DNA of 64,000 nucleotides from Porticoccaceae bacterium (lineage in GTDB: Bacteria; Pseudomonadota; Gammaproteobacteria; Pseudomonadales; Porticoccaceae): NCBI GenBank assembly GCA_002691825.1, contig NZIZ01000047.1, positions 40,940 through 104,939 on the forward strand, read 5' to 3'. Shown here in pieces: positions 9,453 to 17,821 of the stretch (within the stretch, counting starts at the first letter, position 1; each line of letters starts with the position of its first letter). Below the pieces are notes generated by a model, which searched no databases, was not told the DNA's origin, and saw only the letters and a program-made list of their open reading frames with translations. A program made the position numbers and the translations under genes.

Positions 9453-10488
9453 AGCCGTTTTCCAATGATTTTGTCTGGCTCTCTCTTGCCCATTGTCCTT
9501 TGATATATTGTAAAAATTTCGTGCTCCATGAGCTCTGCAGCGCTCCATTTTCTTGCCAATATAAAATGAATTCAGGTAATAATGCTTCTGCAAATTGACG
9601 ATCTATATTCGCCATATTTAAGACATCATATACTGATTCCTTTGGACGCCACGCTGAAGTGATTGGTTTAGGCTGAAGTTCTCGTTCCGTCATACCGACA
9701 AAGAACTGCCACTGTCTTCTCACATGGTGTATAAACTTCGTATCCCAAGTATTTGATACACCACCTCGTTCTCGCCAATAAAGAATAAATTCTGGTACGG
9801 CATCTTCCACAAAATTAGCGCTTATACCACCTTTGTCTGTGAGTATTTGCATTGCATCTTCGGAAGGACGCCATTCTCGGTCGATCGCTATCTGTTGACT
9901 ACGTAGTTGGTTATTTGCTTCTAGTTTTTGCCACTGACGCCAAACCTCTTTCAAGTACTTAGATTCCCAACTATATCTTGGTACTTTTTTATCGCGCCAA
10001 TAAGCAACAAACTGAGGTACCTGTTGCAGAGCAAATTCTCTTGTTGCTCCAAGTTGAGAAAGCTGTCTAAGGGCGTCTTCACTGGGGTACCAGTCGTTTT
10101 TAATAAGATCTGCACGCGCTGATGTTATTGTGTTTTCCTTTACTCTGTAATTGTTTTTAGAAACATTACTGCGAATCTCAGTTACTGGTTCATTGAATGC
10201 AAAGCACAATGCTTGCTCGTCATTGTTCGGATCATTTTTTAGAATGATGACTCCTTTTTCAGCTAGATTAAATGAAAGGCGATGAATTTCAGCTTTGCTC
10301 CAGAATGGCGCAAGTTTTGATAGTTGTTTCAGATGCACGTCAGTCCATTGCAAACCACCGTGGACCTGTGGTGATGAGTGCATTTTACATTCTTGCAAAA
10401 GCTGCAACATAATAGTTTCGTGTAAACCGATGGTCGCGGCTAATGTTGGCGAGATAACAATCTGTTTTTCGGGTATTAACGACATCAC
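9364..10488 (-). CDS. dopC: Lambda O-derived / DnaT-like ssDNA-binding repeat protein (DopC-like)
   Basis: N-terminal winged-helix-like part (ISPTLAATIGLHETIMLQ...APFWS) then three tandem W-x-P...P-x-F-x-x-YW...W-x-x-K[FY]...QW DnaT-like repeats; directly upstream of the P-like gene. Confidence 0.72.
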   Translation of the reverse strand: MMSLIPEKQIVISPTLAATIGLHETIMLQLLQECKMHSSPQVHGGLQWTDVHLKQLSKLAPFWSKAEIHRLSFNLAEKGVIILKNDPNNDEQALCFAFNEPVTEIRSNVSKNNYRVKENTITSARADLIKNDWYPSEDALRQLSQLGATREFALQQVPQFVAYWRDKKVPRYSWESKYLKEVWRQWQKLEANNQLRSQQIAIDREWRPSEDAMQILTDKGGISANFVEDAVPEFILYWRERGGVSNTWDTKFIHHVRRQWQFFVGMTERELQPKPITSAWRPKESVYDVLNMANIDRQFAEALLPEFILYWQENGALQSSWSTKFLQYIKGQWARESQTKSLENGYERQIKNDRKGRLRDRSIIDALSDRSWAT

Positions 10489-10575
10489 ACAACTTTAGCA
10501 GATGGCTTACAAATCACAACTGTAAAAAGCAAGACCTGTGAGATAAATTGCAGGGATATTTTGAGTGAGGGGATT

Positions 10576-10604
10576 TTGACAAAGGGTAAAAAACTGTATA
10601 TAAA
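10576..10604 (+). promoter_or_regulatory. Sigma70 promoter of radA (TTGACA-N17-TATAAA)
   Basis: TTGACA 10576-10581, 17-bp spacer, TATAAA 10599-10604, 65 nt upstream of the radA start. Confidence 0.7.
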
Positions 10605-10609
10605 CACAG
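10594..10609. promoter_or_regulatory. LexA (SOS) box
   Basis: CTGTATATAAACACAG matches the gammaproteobacterial CTGT-N8-ACAG consensus and overlaps the -10 element. Confidence 0.85.
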
Positions 10610-10669
10610 CTTATTATAATTAACCCGCGTTGGAATCAAAATGCGCTACAAGATTGGTATTACGCAACA

Positions 10670-12037
10670 GTGATAAAACATAAGACAGCTTTTGTATGTA
10701 ATGACTGCGGTGCCGACTACCGCAAATGGCAGGGCCAGTGTGCTAAATGTAAGGCATGGAATACTTTGTCCGAGTTGCGTATGGGGATTTCCGAGAGTAA
10801 GCGCCTAGCAACATCGATTGGTTTCGCGGGAGCAAGCGATAACGAAATCAGATCGCTCAGTGCTATAGATCTGCATGAAATACCTCGAATAGTGACCGGC
10901 ATGAGTGAATTAGATTTGGTTTTAGGCGGAGGGCTAGTGTCTGGATCATGCATTCTCGTTGGTGGTGAGCCTGGTGCGGGTAAGAGCACACTTTTATTAC
11001 AAGCTTTATGTAAAATTTCAAAAGCTCAAAGCGCGCTCTATGTAACCGGAGAGGAATCTCCTCAACAGATTGCAATGCGAGCAGATCGACTTGGTTTGAG
11101 AAATGAAAGATTACAGATCATGGCAGAGACCTCTGTGGAACAGCTTTGTTTTGTTGCTGAAAAACAGAACCCAAAAATTTTGGTGGTTGATTCAATTCAA
11201 GTAATGCATCTTGATGAGATAAGTTCGGCGCCCGGGAGTGTCTCTCAGGTGCGAGAAAGTGCTGCGATGCTTGTTCGTTTCGCCAAGAAGACAGGTACGG
11301 TACTAATTTTAGTTGGGCATGTGACTAAAGATGGTTCACTCGCGGGACCCAAAGTACTTGAGCATATGATAGATTGCTCACTTATGCTGGAGAGTTCGAC
11401 TGGCACTCATTTCCGGACACTGAGAGGCCAAAAAAATCGTTTTGGTGCAGTTAATGAACTTGGTATATTTGCGATGACCTCAAAAGGTCTTATAGGGGTT
11501 GCTAACCCATCTGCGATTTTTTTACAACGCGACAACGAGGTATCCTCGGGTAGTGTTGTTATGAGTGTTTGGGAGGGCACAAGGCCACTTTTAGTAGAGC
11601 TCCAGTCGCTGGTAGATGACAGTCATTTAGCGAATCCTCGTCGCGTAACCGTTGGGCTAGATCAAAATCGCCTGTCGATGTTGCTGGCAGTATTGCACCG
11701 GCACGGCGGAATAATGGTGGGAGATAAAGACGTTTTTGTAAATATTGTCGGAGGTGTAAAAGTTTTTGAAACTAGCGCCGACTTGCCTTTAATTCTTTCG
11801 GTAGTTTCTAGCTTTCGGAATAAGTCGTTACCTGACGACTTAGTGGTATTTGGAGAGGTCGGTTTGTCCGGCGAGATTCGACCTGTTACAAACGGGCAAG
11901 AACGTTTGAGAGAGGCGGTGAAGCATGGTTTCAGACGGGCGATTGTCCCTTCCAAAAACGTACCAAAGAGTCCAATATTAGGTATGCAAGTGACTCCTGT
12001 GCAGCGGATTACTCAAGCTATTGAGGCTTTATTTTAA
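10670..12037 (+). CDS. radA: DNA repair protein RadA/Sms
   Basis: C4 zinc finger CNDCG...CAKC, GEPGAGKST, KNRFG motif, Lon-like C-terminus GEVGLSGEIR. Confidence 0.98.
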   Translation: MIKHKTAFVCNDCGADYRKWQGQCAKCKAWNTLSELRMGISESKRLATSIGFAGASDNEIRSLSAIDLHEIPRIVTGMSELDLVLGGGLVSGSCILVGGEPGAGKSTLLLQALCKISKAQSALYVTGEESPQQIAMRADRLGLRNERLQIMAETSVEQLCFVAEKQNPKILVVDSIQVMHLDEISSAPGSVSQVRESAAMLVRFAKKTGTVLILVGHVTKDGSLAGPKVLEHMIDCSLMLESSTGTHFRTLRGQKNRFGAVNELGIFAMTSKGLIGVANPSAIFLQRDNEVSSGSVVMSVWEGTRPLLVELQSLVDDSHLANPRRVTVGLDQNRLSMLLAVLHRHGGIMVGDKDVFVNIVGGVKVFETSADLPLILSVVSSFRNKSLPDDLVVFGEVGLSGEIRPVTNGQERLREAVKHGFRRAIVPSKNVPKSPILGMQVTPVQRITQAIEALF

Positions 12038-12068
12038 GTTACTACACTAAGGTAATGGCGAATTTTGA

Positions 12069-12097
12069 TTGACAGTCGGTGTCATCCAACTTACTCT
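12069..12097 (+). promoter_or_regulatory. Sigma70 promoter of the btuB leader
   Basis: TTGACA 12069-12074, N17, TACTCT 12092-12097, just upstream of the riboswitch P1. Confidence 0.55.
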
Positions 12098-12110
12098 GCG
12101 AGCACTGTTT

Positions 12111-12330
12111 TGACGGAAGGTGTTGAGAGCTTACGTTGGCTTCTAGCGTATAGTTATCAGTTAAACGGGAAGTTGGTGCGCTGTATATAAAAAATTGCTG
12201 CAAATCCGACACTGCCCCCGCAACGGTAGATAAGAATATCTGGTAGTGGTACCACTGCGCAAATGGCGTGGGAAGGGTATCAGGTAGGGTTTACTCCCAC
12301 TTATGAGTCCGGAGACCGGCCTTTTCGTCA
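12111..12330 (+). ncRNA. Cobalamin (AdoCbl) riboswitch
   Basis: AAACGGGAAGTTGGTG...AATCCGACACTGCCCCCGCAACGGT...CCACTG...GGGAAGG...GAGTCCGGAGACCGGCC (B12 box); P1 TGACGGAAGG/CCTTTTCGTCA; upstream of a TonB-dependent receptor. Confidence 0.95.
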
Positions 12331-12442
12331 TGAACACAAACCGCGGGGTGTGGTTGTGTGTATTTTGCGACGAAATGTTCCGTCCCCTCGCGCTGTCACC
12401 CTAAAAAACTCAATGGTCACTCGGATGTGAGTGTGAGAGGGC

Positions 12443-14350
12443 TTGATGACAATGAAAAACATGTGTGCTTCAGCAACGATGCTGGCGGCACTTCTCATAA
12501 GTTTCCCGTCAATTTCAAAAACCAATGATGATATTGAAGAAGTTATGGTCACCGCGTCATTGGCGCCTATTGTGAGATCACGATCAGGTAACGCGGTGAG
12601 TATTCTGAACAGAGAACAGCTACAAAAGCGTAAATCCGTTAGCATAACTGATCTGTTGAGAGACGTTCCCGGTTTTTCTGTGAGCCGCGTTGGTGTCTTG
12701 GGCTCTCAGACTCAAGTACGTGTTCGCGGTGCAGAAGCGAATCATCTGTTAGTATTAATTGATGGGGTCGAAGCCAATGATCCATCTCAGAGCGATGAGT
12801 TCAGTTGGGCAACGGTGACTGCAACAGACATAGAAAGAATTGAAATAATTCGCGGTCCTCAGAGCTCATTGCGAGGCAGTGACGCAATAGCTGGCGTTGT
12901 AAACATCATCACTCCCAGTGCCGAAAAGACCGGTTTTGGATTATTTTTGGAGCGAGGTAGTCAGTCTACACATCACAGCGGGTTCAATTTAGGCTTTAAA
13001 AAGTCAGACTTTGATGTTCGTCTGGGGCTGGGTCATGTTGAGTCAAATGGCGGCAACATAGCTCGCTCGGGTAATGAGAAAGATGGTTACAAAAATACAA
13101 CGCTCACGTTAAAAATGGGAGCAAAAATAAATGAGAAATTAGGTGTTTCGCTCTCTGCTAGAGAGTCAGATGGCATGAATCAGTATGATGCTGATAATGA
13201 CTATGATGGCCTAGTTGAAGACCGAGATAGACACTCAGATTTTGACAATAGCACAAGGCGATTACAAATAGATTACTCTCCTTTTGATGGTTCGTGGCGG
13301 CACAAATTCTTGATTTCAAGATCAACAAATGACAGTGCAGCATTTGCTGATGGTGTAGAGGGGAATATCACCGCTTCTAGTAAAGACCGATATCAATATG
13401 TTGGTTCTGTTTCATTTGCAGACGGAAGTAGAACACTTTCTCTCCTTGCAGAACGTGATCAGGAGGACTGGATGCAACGCGGAGATGATCCTTGGGGAGA
13501 TGTGAATCAGGATAGAGAGCGTGACACCGATAGCTTGGCGGTTGAATATCGCACAGATATCAATGATCGATTGACTATTGCAGTAAGTGGACGTAGAGAA
13601 AAAAACTCTGAATTTGATAGTGCAAAGACGTTCAGAGCTGAGACTACTTATCAGTTAACGGATCAAACCCGCGTTAGAGGCGCTTTAGGTACGGCGATAA
13701 AGAATCCTACCTTCACTGAGAGGTTTGGTTATTACACTAACTTTATTGGTAACCCAAATCTTGTTCCAGAGAAGTCTAGAAGTTGGGAGCTGGGATTTGA
13801 TACACAACTGTCTGATGATAATGTAACGTTATCCGCAACTATATTTGACAGTGAATTGGCGAATGAGATAGACGGATTTGTTTATGACTCAACGATTTTT
13901 TCCTTCACATCCGGCAATATGGATGCAAAGAGTGAGCGGAGGGGCTTTGAGTTGAGTTTTGTTGCTAACTTTTGGGATTCTTTCTCAATCTCTTCTGCAT
14001 ACACATATACTCATTCAAAGGATGCAGACTCCGTTGACGAAGTAAGAAGGCCAAAAAATATTGCAAGCGGCAATCTCAGCTGGGAGGCGACTGACAAACT
14101 CTCCCTAAACACTAACCTTCAGTTTACTGGAGATCAGACTGATGTTTACTTCCCACCTTATCCTGAACCACCTCAGGTGGTTACGATGGAAGATCATACT
14201 TTGCTGAACCTCAATGTCAATTATGTTGTGAATGCTAAGCTTGAAATTTATGTCAATCTAGACAATGTGTTAGATGAGGATTATGAGGAGGTTTTTGGTT
14301 ATCAAACCTTAGGTTTTGGCGCCACCATGGGGCTTCGTTATGGCCTCTAG
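12443..14350 (+). CDS. btuB: TonB-dependent cobalamin receptor
   Basis: Signal peptide, TonB box EEVMVTAS, plug motifs LVLIDGV and IERIEIIRGPQSSLRGSDAIAGVVNIIT, NPNLVPEKS; follows a B12 riboswitch. Confidence 0.9.
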   Translation: MMTMKNMCASATMLAALLISFPSISKTNDDIEEVMVTASLAPIVRSRSGNAVSILNREQLQKRKSVSITDLLRDVPGFSVSRVGVLGSQTQVRVRGAEANHLLVLIDGVEANDPSQSDEFSWATVTATDIERIEIIRGPQSSLRGSDAIAGVVNIITPSAEKTGFGLFLERGSQSTHHSGFNLGFKKSDFDVRLGLGHVESNGGNIARSGNEKDGYKNTTLTLKMGAKINEKLGVSLSARESDGMNQYDADNDYDGLVEDRDRHSDFDNSTRRLQIDYSPFDGSWRHKFLISRSTNDSAAFADGVEGNITASSKDRYQYVGSVSFADGSRTLSLLAERDQEDWMQRGDDPWGDVNQDRERDTDSLAVEYRTDINDRLTIAVSGRREKNSEFDSAKTFRAETTYQLTDQTRVRGALGTAIKNPTFTERFGYYTNFIGNPNLVPEKSRSWELGFDTQLSDDNVTLSATIFDSELANEIDGFVYDSTIFSFTSGNMDAKSERRGFELSFVANFWDSFSISSAYTYTHSKDADSVDEVRRPKNIASGNLSWEATDKLSLNTNLQFTGDQTDVYFPPYPEPPQVVTMEDHTLLNLNVNYVVNAKLEIYVNLDNVLDEDYEEVFGYQTLGFGATMGLRYGL

Positions 14351-14463
14351 TTAAAAAAATTACTAATGAACGGTGAGTGTTGTTGAATGAACCATGCGTG
14401 TTTTTGATTGGAGAAGGAAATAAAAAGAGAGTAAGCATCCGCCCCACTCGTTGGAGACACATT

Positions 14464-15328
14464 ATGAGAATTGTATCTTTGCTACCAAGTGCCACTGATC
14501 TCATTTATGGTTTGGGGTTAAGGCATAAGGTAGTTGGCGGATCTCAAGAGAGTAATTATTCGATTTCATTTATTGGGTTGCATTTTTTGACTGGTACGCA
14601 TATTTCAGAGGACTCAGACAGCGCACTAATTTACGAATTGGTGGCAGTAAAGCTGAGGAGTGAATACGCGCTATATGCTCTCGATCCTGCGACTTTTGTC
14701 AACTTTCGGCCAGATCTAATCGTCATTCAGACTCTTTGTAATGTTCGCGCAGTCTCTGGTAACGACGACGTTCGAGCGTCGGGCGCGCCCGCTAATAATT
14801 CTAAGGTTGTTAATCCCCAGTCTGGACGTTTAAATAATTTTAAGCTTGTCGCGGCGGCCGTCAATCGTGCCGACAAGGGAGGGTATTATTTTTTCTAAAT
14901 TCCAGACTGCAGTCGAGGTGATCAGGGTTAAATCCGTTAGACTAGAAAAATTGGATAGGCCTCCTGTCGTTTTGTTCGATTGGCTAGATCCACTTTTTGA
15001 CGTAGGGCATAGGAGTGCCGAAATTATATATTTGGCAGGTGATTTTTGCTTCGGTTCTGAAAAAGGGCCCTCCCAACGTAGGACATGGGTGCAGCTCACT
15101 GAGGCTATGCCGGATATTATTTTTGCAGCACTTTATGCGTTTACTGTGGCGCGCTCGCAGCGAGACGTAAAAAGTTGTATACAGTCGTCGGGCTTCCCTA
15201 GTTTGCACAGGGCTTATGATACAAAAGTATTTTTAGTTGATGGTAACGCCTATTTTAGTCACCCGAGTCCGAGACTCGTTTATGCCTCGAAAATTATGGC
15301 TCAAGTCATGAGTCGATTATTAATGTAA
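14464..15328 (+). pseudogene. Frameshifted, degraded cobalamin-binding (BtuF/TroA-like) protein
   Basis: MRIVSLLPSATDLIYGLGL begins at ATG 14464 and stops at 14898. The second half (FDWLDPLF...VFLVDGNAYFSHPSPRLV) continues in the +1 frame to 15328. Several family residues also look substituted. Confidence 0.8.
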
Positions 15329-15376
15329 CTTATCCATAATCGCCCTGCGGTAACGTAAGTTTAACAGAAAAAGGAC

Positions 15377-15997
15377 ATGTCTATGTCAGAAAAGCAAATA
15401 AAAGACGAACAGCGCCACAAGAAAAAAATGAAAAAACAGAAGAAAAAGATCGATGCGGGTATAGCAGCTGCCATAGAGGAGCGAGGAATTATAATTCTAC
15501 TAACTGGCGATGGGAAGGGAAAGACTAGTTCGGCATTTGGTATGATAATGCGGGCGCTGGGATATGGGTATCGAGTGGGAGTGGTTCAATTTATAAAAGG
15601 AGAACAGCTCTCCGGAGAAGAACTGTTTCTAAAGAACGAATTACCGGAAGTCGACTTTTATCAAATGGGCACGGGTTTTACCTGGGATACACAAGACCGT
15701 GCTGGAGATATTGAGGCGGCAGAGAAGACTTGGTCTGTGGTAGAACCAATGCTCTCAGACCACAGTTATCATTTGGTTGTTCTGGATGAGATTACCTACA
15801 TGCTCAGTTTTAAATATTTGGATGAGAAGCGGGTTATAAAGGCCCTAACGGCTAGACCGAGCAATCAGAGTGTTGTATTAACAGGACGCGGTGGCGGAGC
15901 TGCAATAAGAGAGATAGCTGATACCGTATCTGAGGTTAAGGAAGTAAGACATGCCTACAACTTTGGCATCAAGGCACGTAAAGGAGTGGACTACTAA
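15377..15997 (+). CDS. cobO: Cob(I)yrinic acid a,c-diamide adenosyltransferase (CobO/BtuR)
   Basis: TGDGKGKTSSAFG, VVQFIKG, MGTGFTWDTQD, LVVLDEI, TGRG, ADTVSE, KARKGVDY. Confidence 0.96.
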   Translation: MSMSEKQIKDEQRHKKKMKKQKKKIDAGIAAAIEERGIIILLTGDGKGKTSSAFGMIMRALGYGYRVGVVQFIKGEQLSGEELFLKNELPEVDFYQMGTGFTWDTQDRAGDIEAAEKTWSVVEPMLSDHSYHLVVLDEITYMLSFKYLDEKRVIKALTARPSNQSVVLTGRGGGAAIREIADTVSEVKEVRHAYNFGIKARKGVDY

Positions 15998-17041
15998 TTG
16001 CAAAGAATGGCACCCCGGGAATTGAGCGCTCTTTTGCTGCTGTCTTTACCACTGGTGATTATGGTGGGAATGAGCACAGGAGCCGTAAAAATTCCGATTG
16101 ATATCATTATCCAGCACTGTGTAAGTATTTTTTTTCGATCTAACGGTACCGACCTTAATTCAGGTCAGATTGAGATTATATTGTTTGATATACGATTGCC
16201 CCGATTGTGTCTTGCCTTCTTGGTGGGCGTTGTGCTTGCAATAAGTGGTGCTGTGATGCAGGGTCTCTTCAGAAACCCTCTGGCGGCGCCATCATTGATA
16301 GGTGTTTCAAGCGGTGCATCGTTGGGAGCCAGTTTAGTAATAGTTTTTGCCGGAGCATGGTTGCAAAGCAATTCGATTTTGGGATTATCATTGATTGCAA
16401 CAGGAGCTTTTTTCGGCAGTCTTTTTGTAACTCTTATCGTCTACAGGCTATCTACATCCATCTTTGGTACTTCAGTGTCAACTATGTTACTTGCGGGAAT
16501 AGCTGTAAGCGCGTTAGCGGGTGCTATAAATAGTTGGCTTAGCTACTTTGCTGATAATGAGATGCTCAGGCAATTAAGTGTATGGCAAATGGGTAACCTA
16601 AGTACCGCTAATTGGCCCCGCGTTTTTATCGTTGGTTTTGTAGGCATATTTGTTTTAATTATCTTTTCTCGGGAGAGTCAATCGCTTAATGCGTTACTTT
16701 TAGGAGAATCAGAGGCAAGGCACTTGGGTATTGATGTACAGCGCGTCAAAAAAAAACTTATTCTCTTGACGACACTTGGTGTTGGTTCTGCCGTTGCTGT
16801 TGCGGGGACGATTGGTTTTGTTGGGTTAGTTATACCGCACATGGTACGATTACTGATCGGTCCCGATCACAAACGGTTATTGCCCCTATCGGCATTAGCT
16901 GGTGGTATTCTTTTGTTGATCGCAGATATCATTGCTCGTGTCATTTATGCACCGATCGAAATTCCACCAGGGATTTTGACGGCCGTTCTTGGTGCTCCAT
17001 TTTTCATCATATTACTTGCAGACCAACGTAAACAAATTTGA
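15998..17041 (+). CDS. FecCD/BtuC/HmuU-family ABC permease, likely for B12 uptake
   Basis: IRLPR, GAVMQGLFRNPLA, LLLGESEARHLGIDV, GTIGFVGLVIPH, GILTAVLGAPFF. Confidence 0.9.
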   Translation: MQRMAPRELSALLLLSLPLVIMVGMSTGAVKIPIDIIIQHCVSIFFRSNGTDLNSGQIEIILFDIRLPRLCLAFLVGVVLAISGAVMQGLFRNPLAAPSLIGVSSGASLGASLVIVFAGAWLQSNSILGLSLIATGAFFGSLFVTLIVYRLSTSIFGTSVSTMLLAGIAVSALAGAINSWLSYFADNEMLRQLSVWQMGNLSTANWPRVFIVGFVGIFVLIIFSRESQSLNALLLGESEARHLGIDVQRVKKKLILLTTLGVGSAVAVAGTIGFVGLVIPHMVRLLIGPDHKRLLPLSALAGGILLLIADIIARVIYAPIEIPPGILTAVLGAPFFIILLADQRKQI

Positions 17042-17044
17042 TTT

Positions 17045-17821
17045 ATGTCTTTCACAACAGACAGCATTTCACTTACCAAATCTGGCTTAGATATTCTTCG
17101 GGGTGTTAATCTTTCTATAAATAGTGGGCAAATTACAGTTATAGTTGGGCCTAACGGCGCCGGTAAATCTAGTTTTGTTAAGGTCCTAAGTGGTGAGCTA
17201 GCACCGACCTTTGGTCGGATCATCTTTAATGGAAAGGACTTGATTGAGTGGAGATCTGAACAGCGGGCAAAAATGATTAGCGTTCTCCCTCAAAATAGCT
17301 CGCTTGATTTTCCATTCAATGCTTTGGAAGTGGTTTCATTGGGACGTATTCCGCACCGATCTGGTGTTGTAAGAGACGCCGAAATTGTCAGAGAGGCCCT
17401 TAAGGTAGTAGATGCTGAGCATCTGGAGGAGCGACTTTTTACTAAAATGTCCGGAGGGGAGAAACAGCGAGTTCAACTTGCTCGGGTCATGGCCCAAATA
17501 TGGGAGCCGACCTTAACTGGAGAGCAATTCTTGATTCTGGATGAGCCAACATCTGCACTTGATCTTTCGCATCAGGTATTGATGATGCAACTTGTATCTG
17601 GACTAGCGAGACGGGGTATTGGCGTCATTGTCGTGTCACATGATTTAAATTTGGCGACTCATTTTGCGGATAACGTTATTGTTTTTGACAAAGGTTCTGT
17701 CGTTGCGGAGGGACCGCCAGATAAAATCCTGAGTGAGAGACTAATTTTTGATGTCTTCGGCATAGGCCCTTGTGTAATTAAGCACCCCGAAACTGGCAAA
17801 AATATAGTGATTAATTGGTGA
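17045..17821 (+). CDS. hmuV: HmuV-like ABC ATPase acting as the BtuD equivalent
   Basis: GPNGAGKS, MSGGEKQRVQLARVMAQIW, LDEPTSALDLSHQ, SHDLNLA. Confidence 0.85.
   Translation: MSFTTDSISLTKSGLDILRGVNLSINSGQITVIVGPNGAGKSSFVKVLSGELAPTFGRIIFNGKDLIEWRSEQRAKMISVLPQNSSLDFPFNALEVVSLGRIPHRSGVVRDAEIVREALKVVDAEHLEERLFTKMSGGEKQRVQLARVMAQIWEPTLTGEQFLILDEPTSALDLSHQVLMMQLVSGLARRGIGVIVVSHDLNLATHFADNVIVFDKGSVVAEGPPDKILSERLIFDVFGIGPCVIKHPETGKNIVINW

Noticed and set aside
8787-10488. Prophage remnant or lambda-type origin (iterons) inside the O-like gene
   Set aside because: No integrase, repressor, virion genes or att repeats nearby, and no iteron-like direct repeats seen in the linker; the flanks are housekeeping genes.
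12181-12196. Second LexA box CTGTATATAAAAAATT
   Set aside because: The right half-site ACAG is missing, and it lies in a variable loop of the riboswitch.
14889-14894. Phase variation or programmed frameshift at the T6 run
   Set aside because: The run is short and both halves carry other degenerate substitutions, so a pseudogene is more parsimonious.
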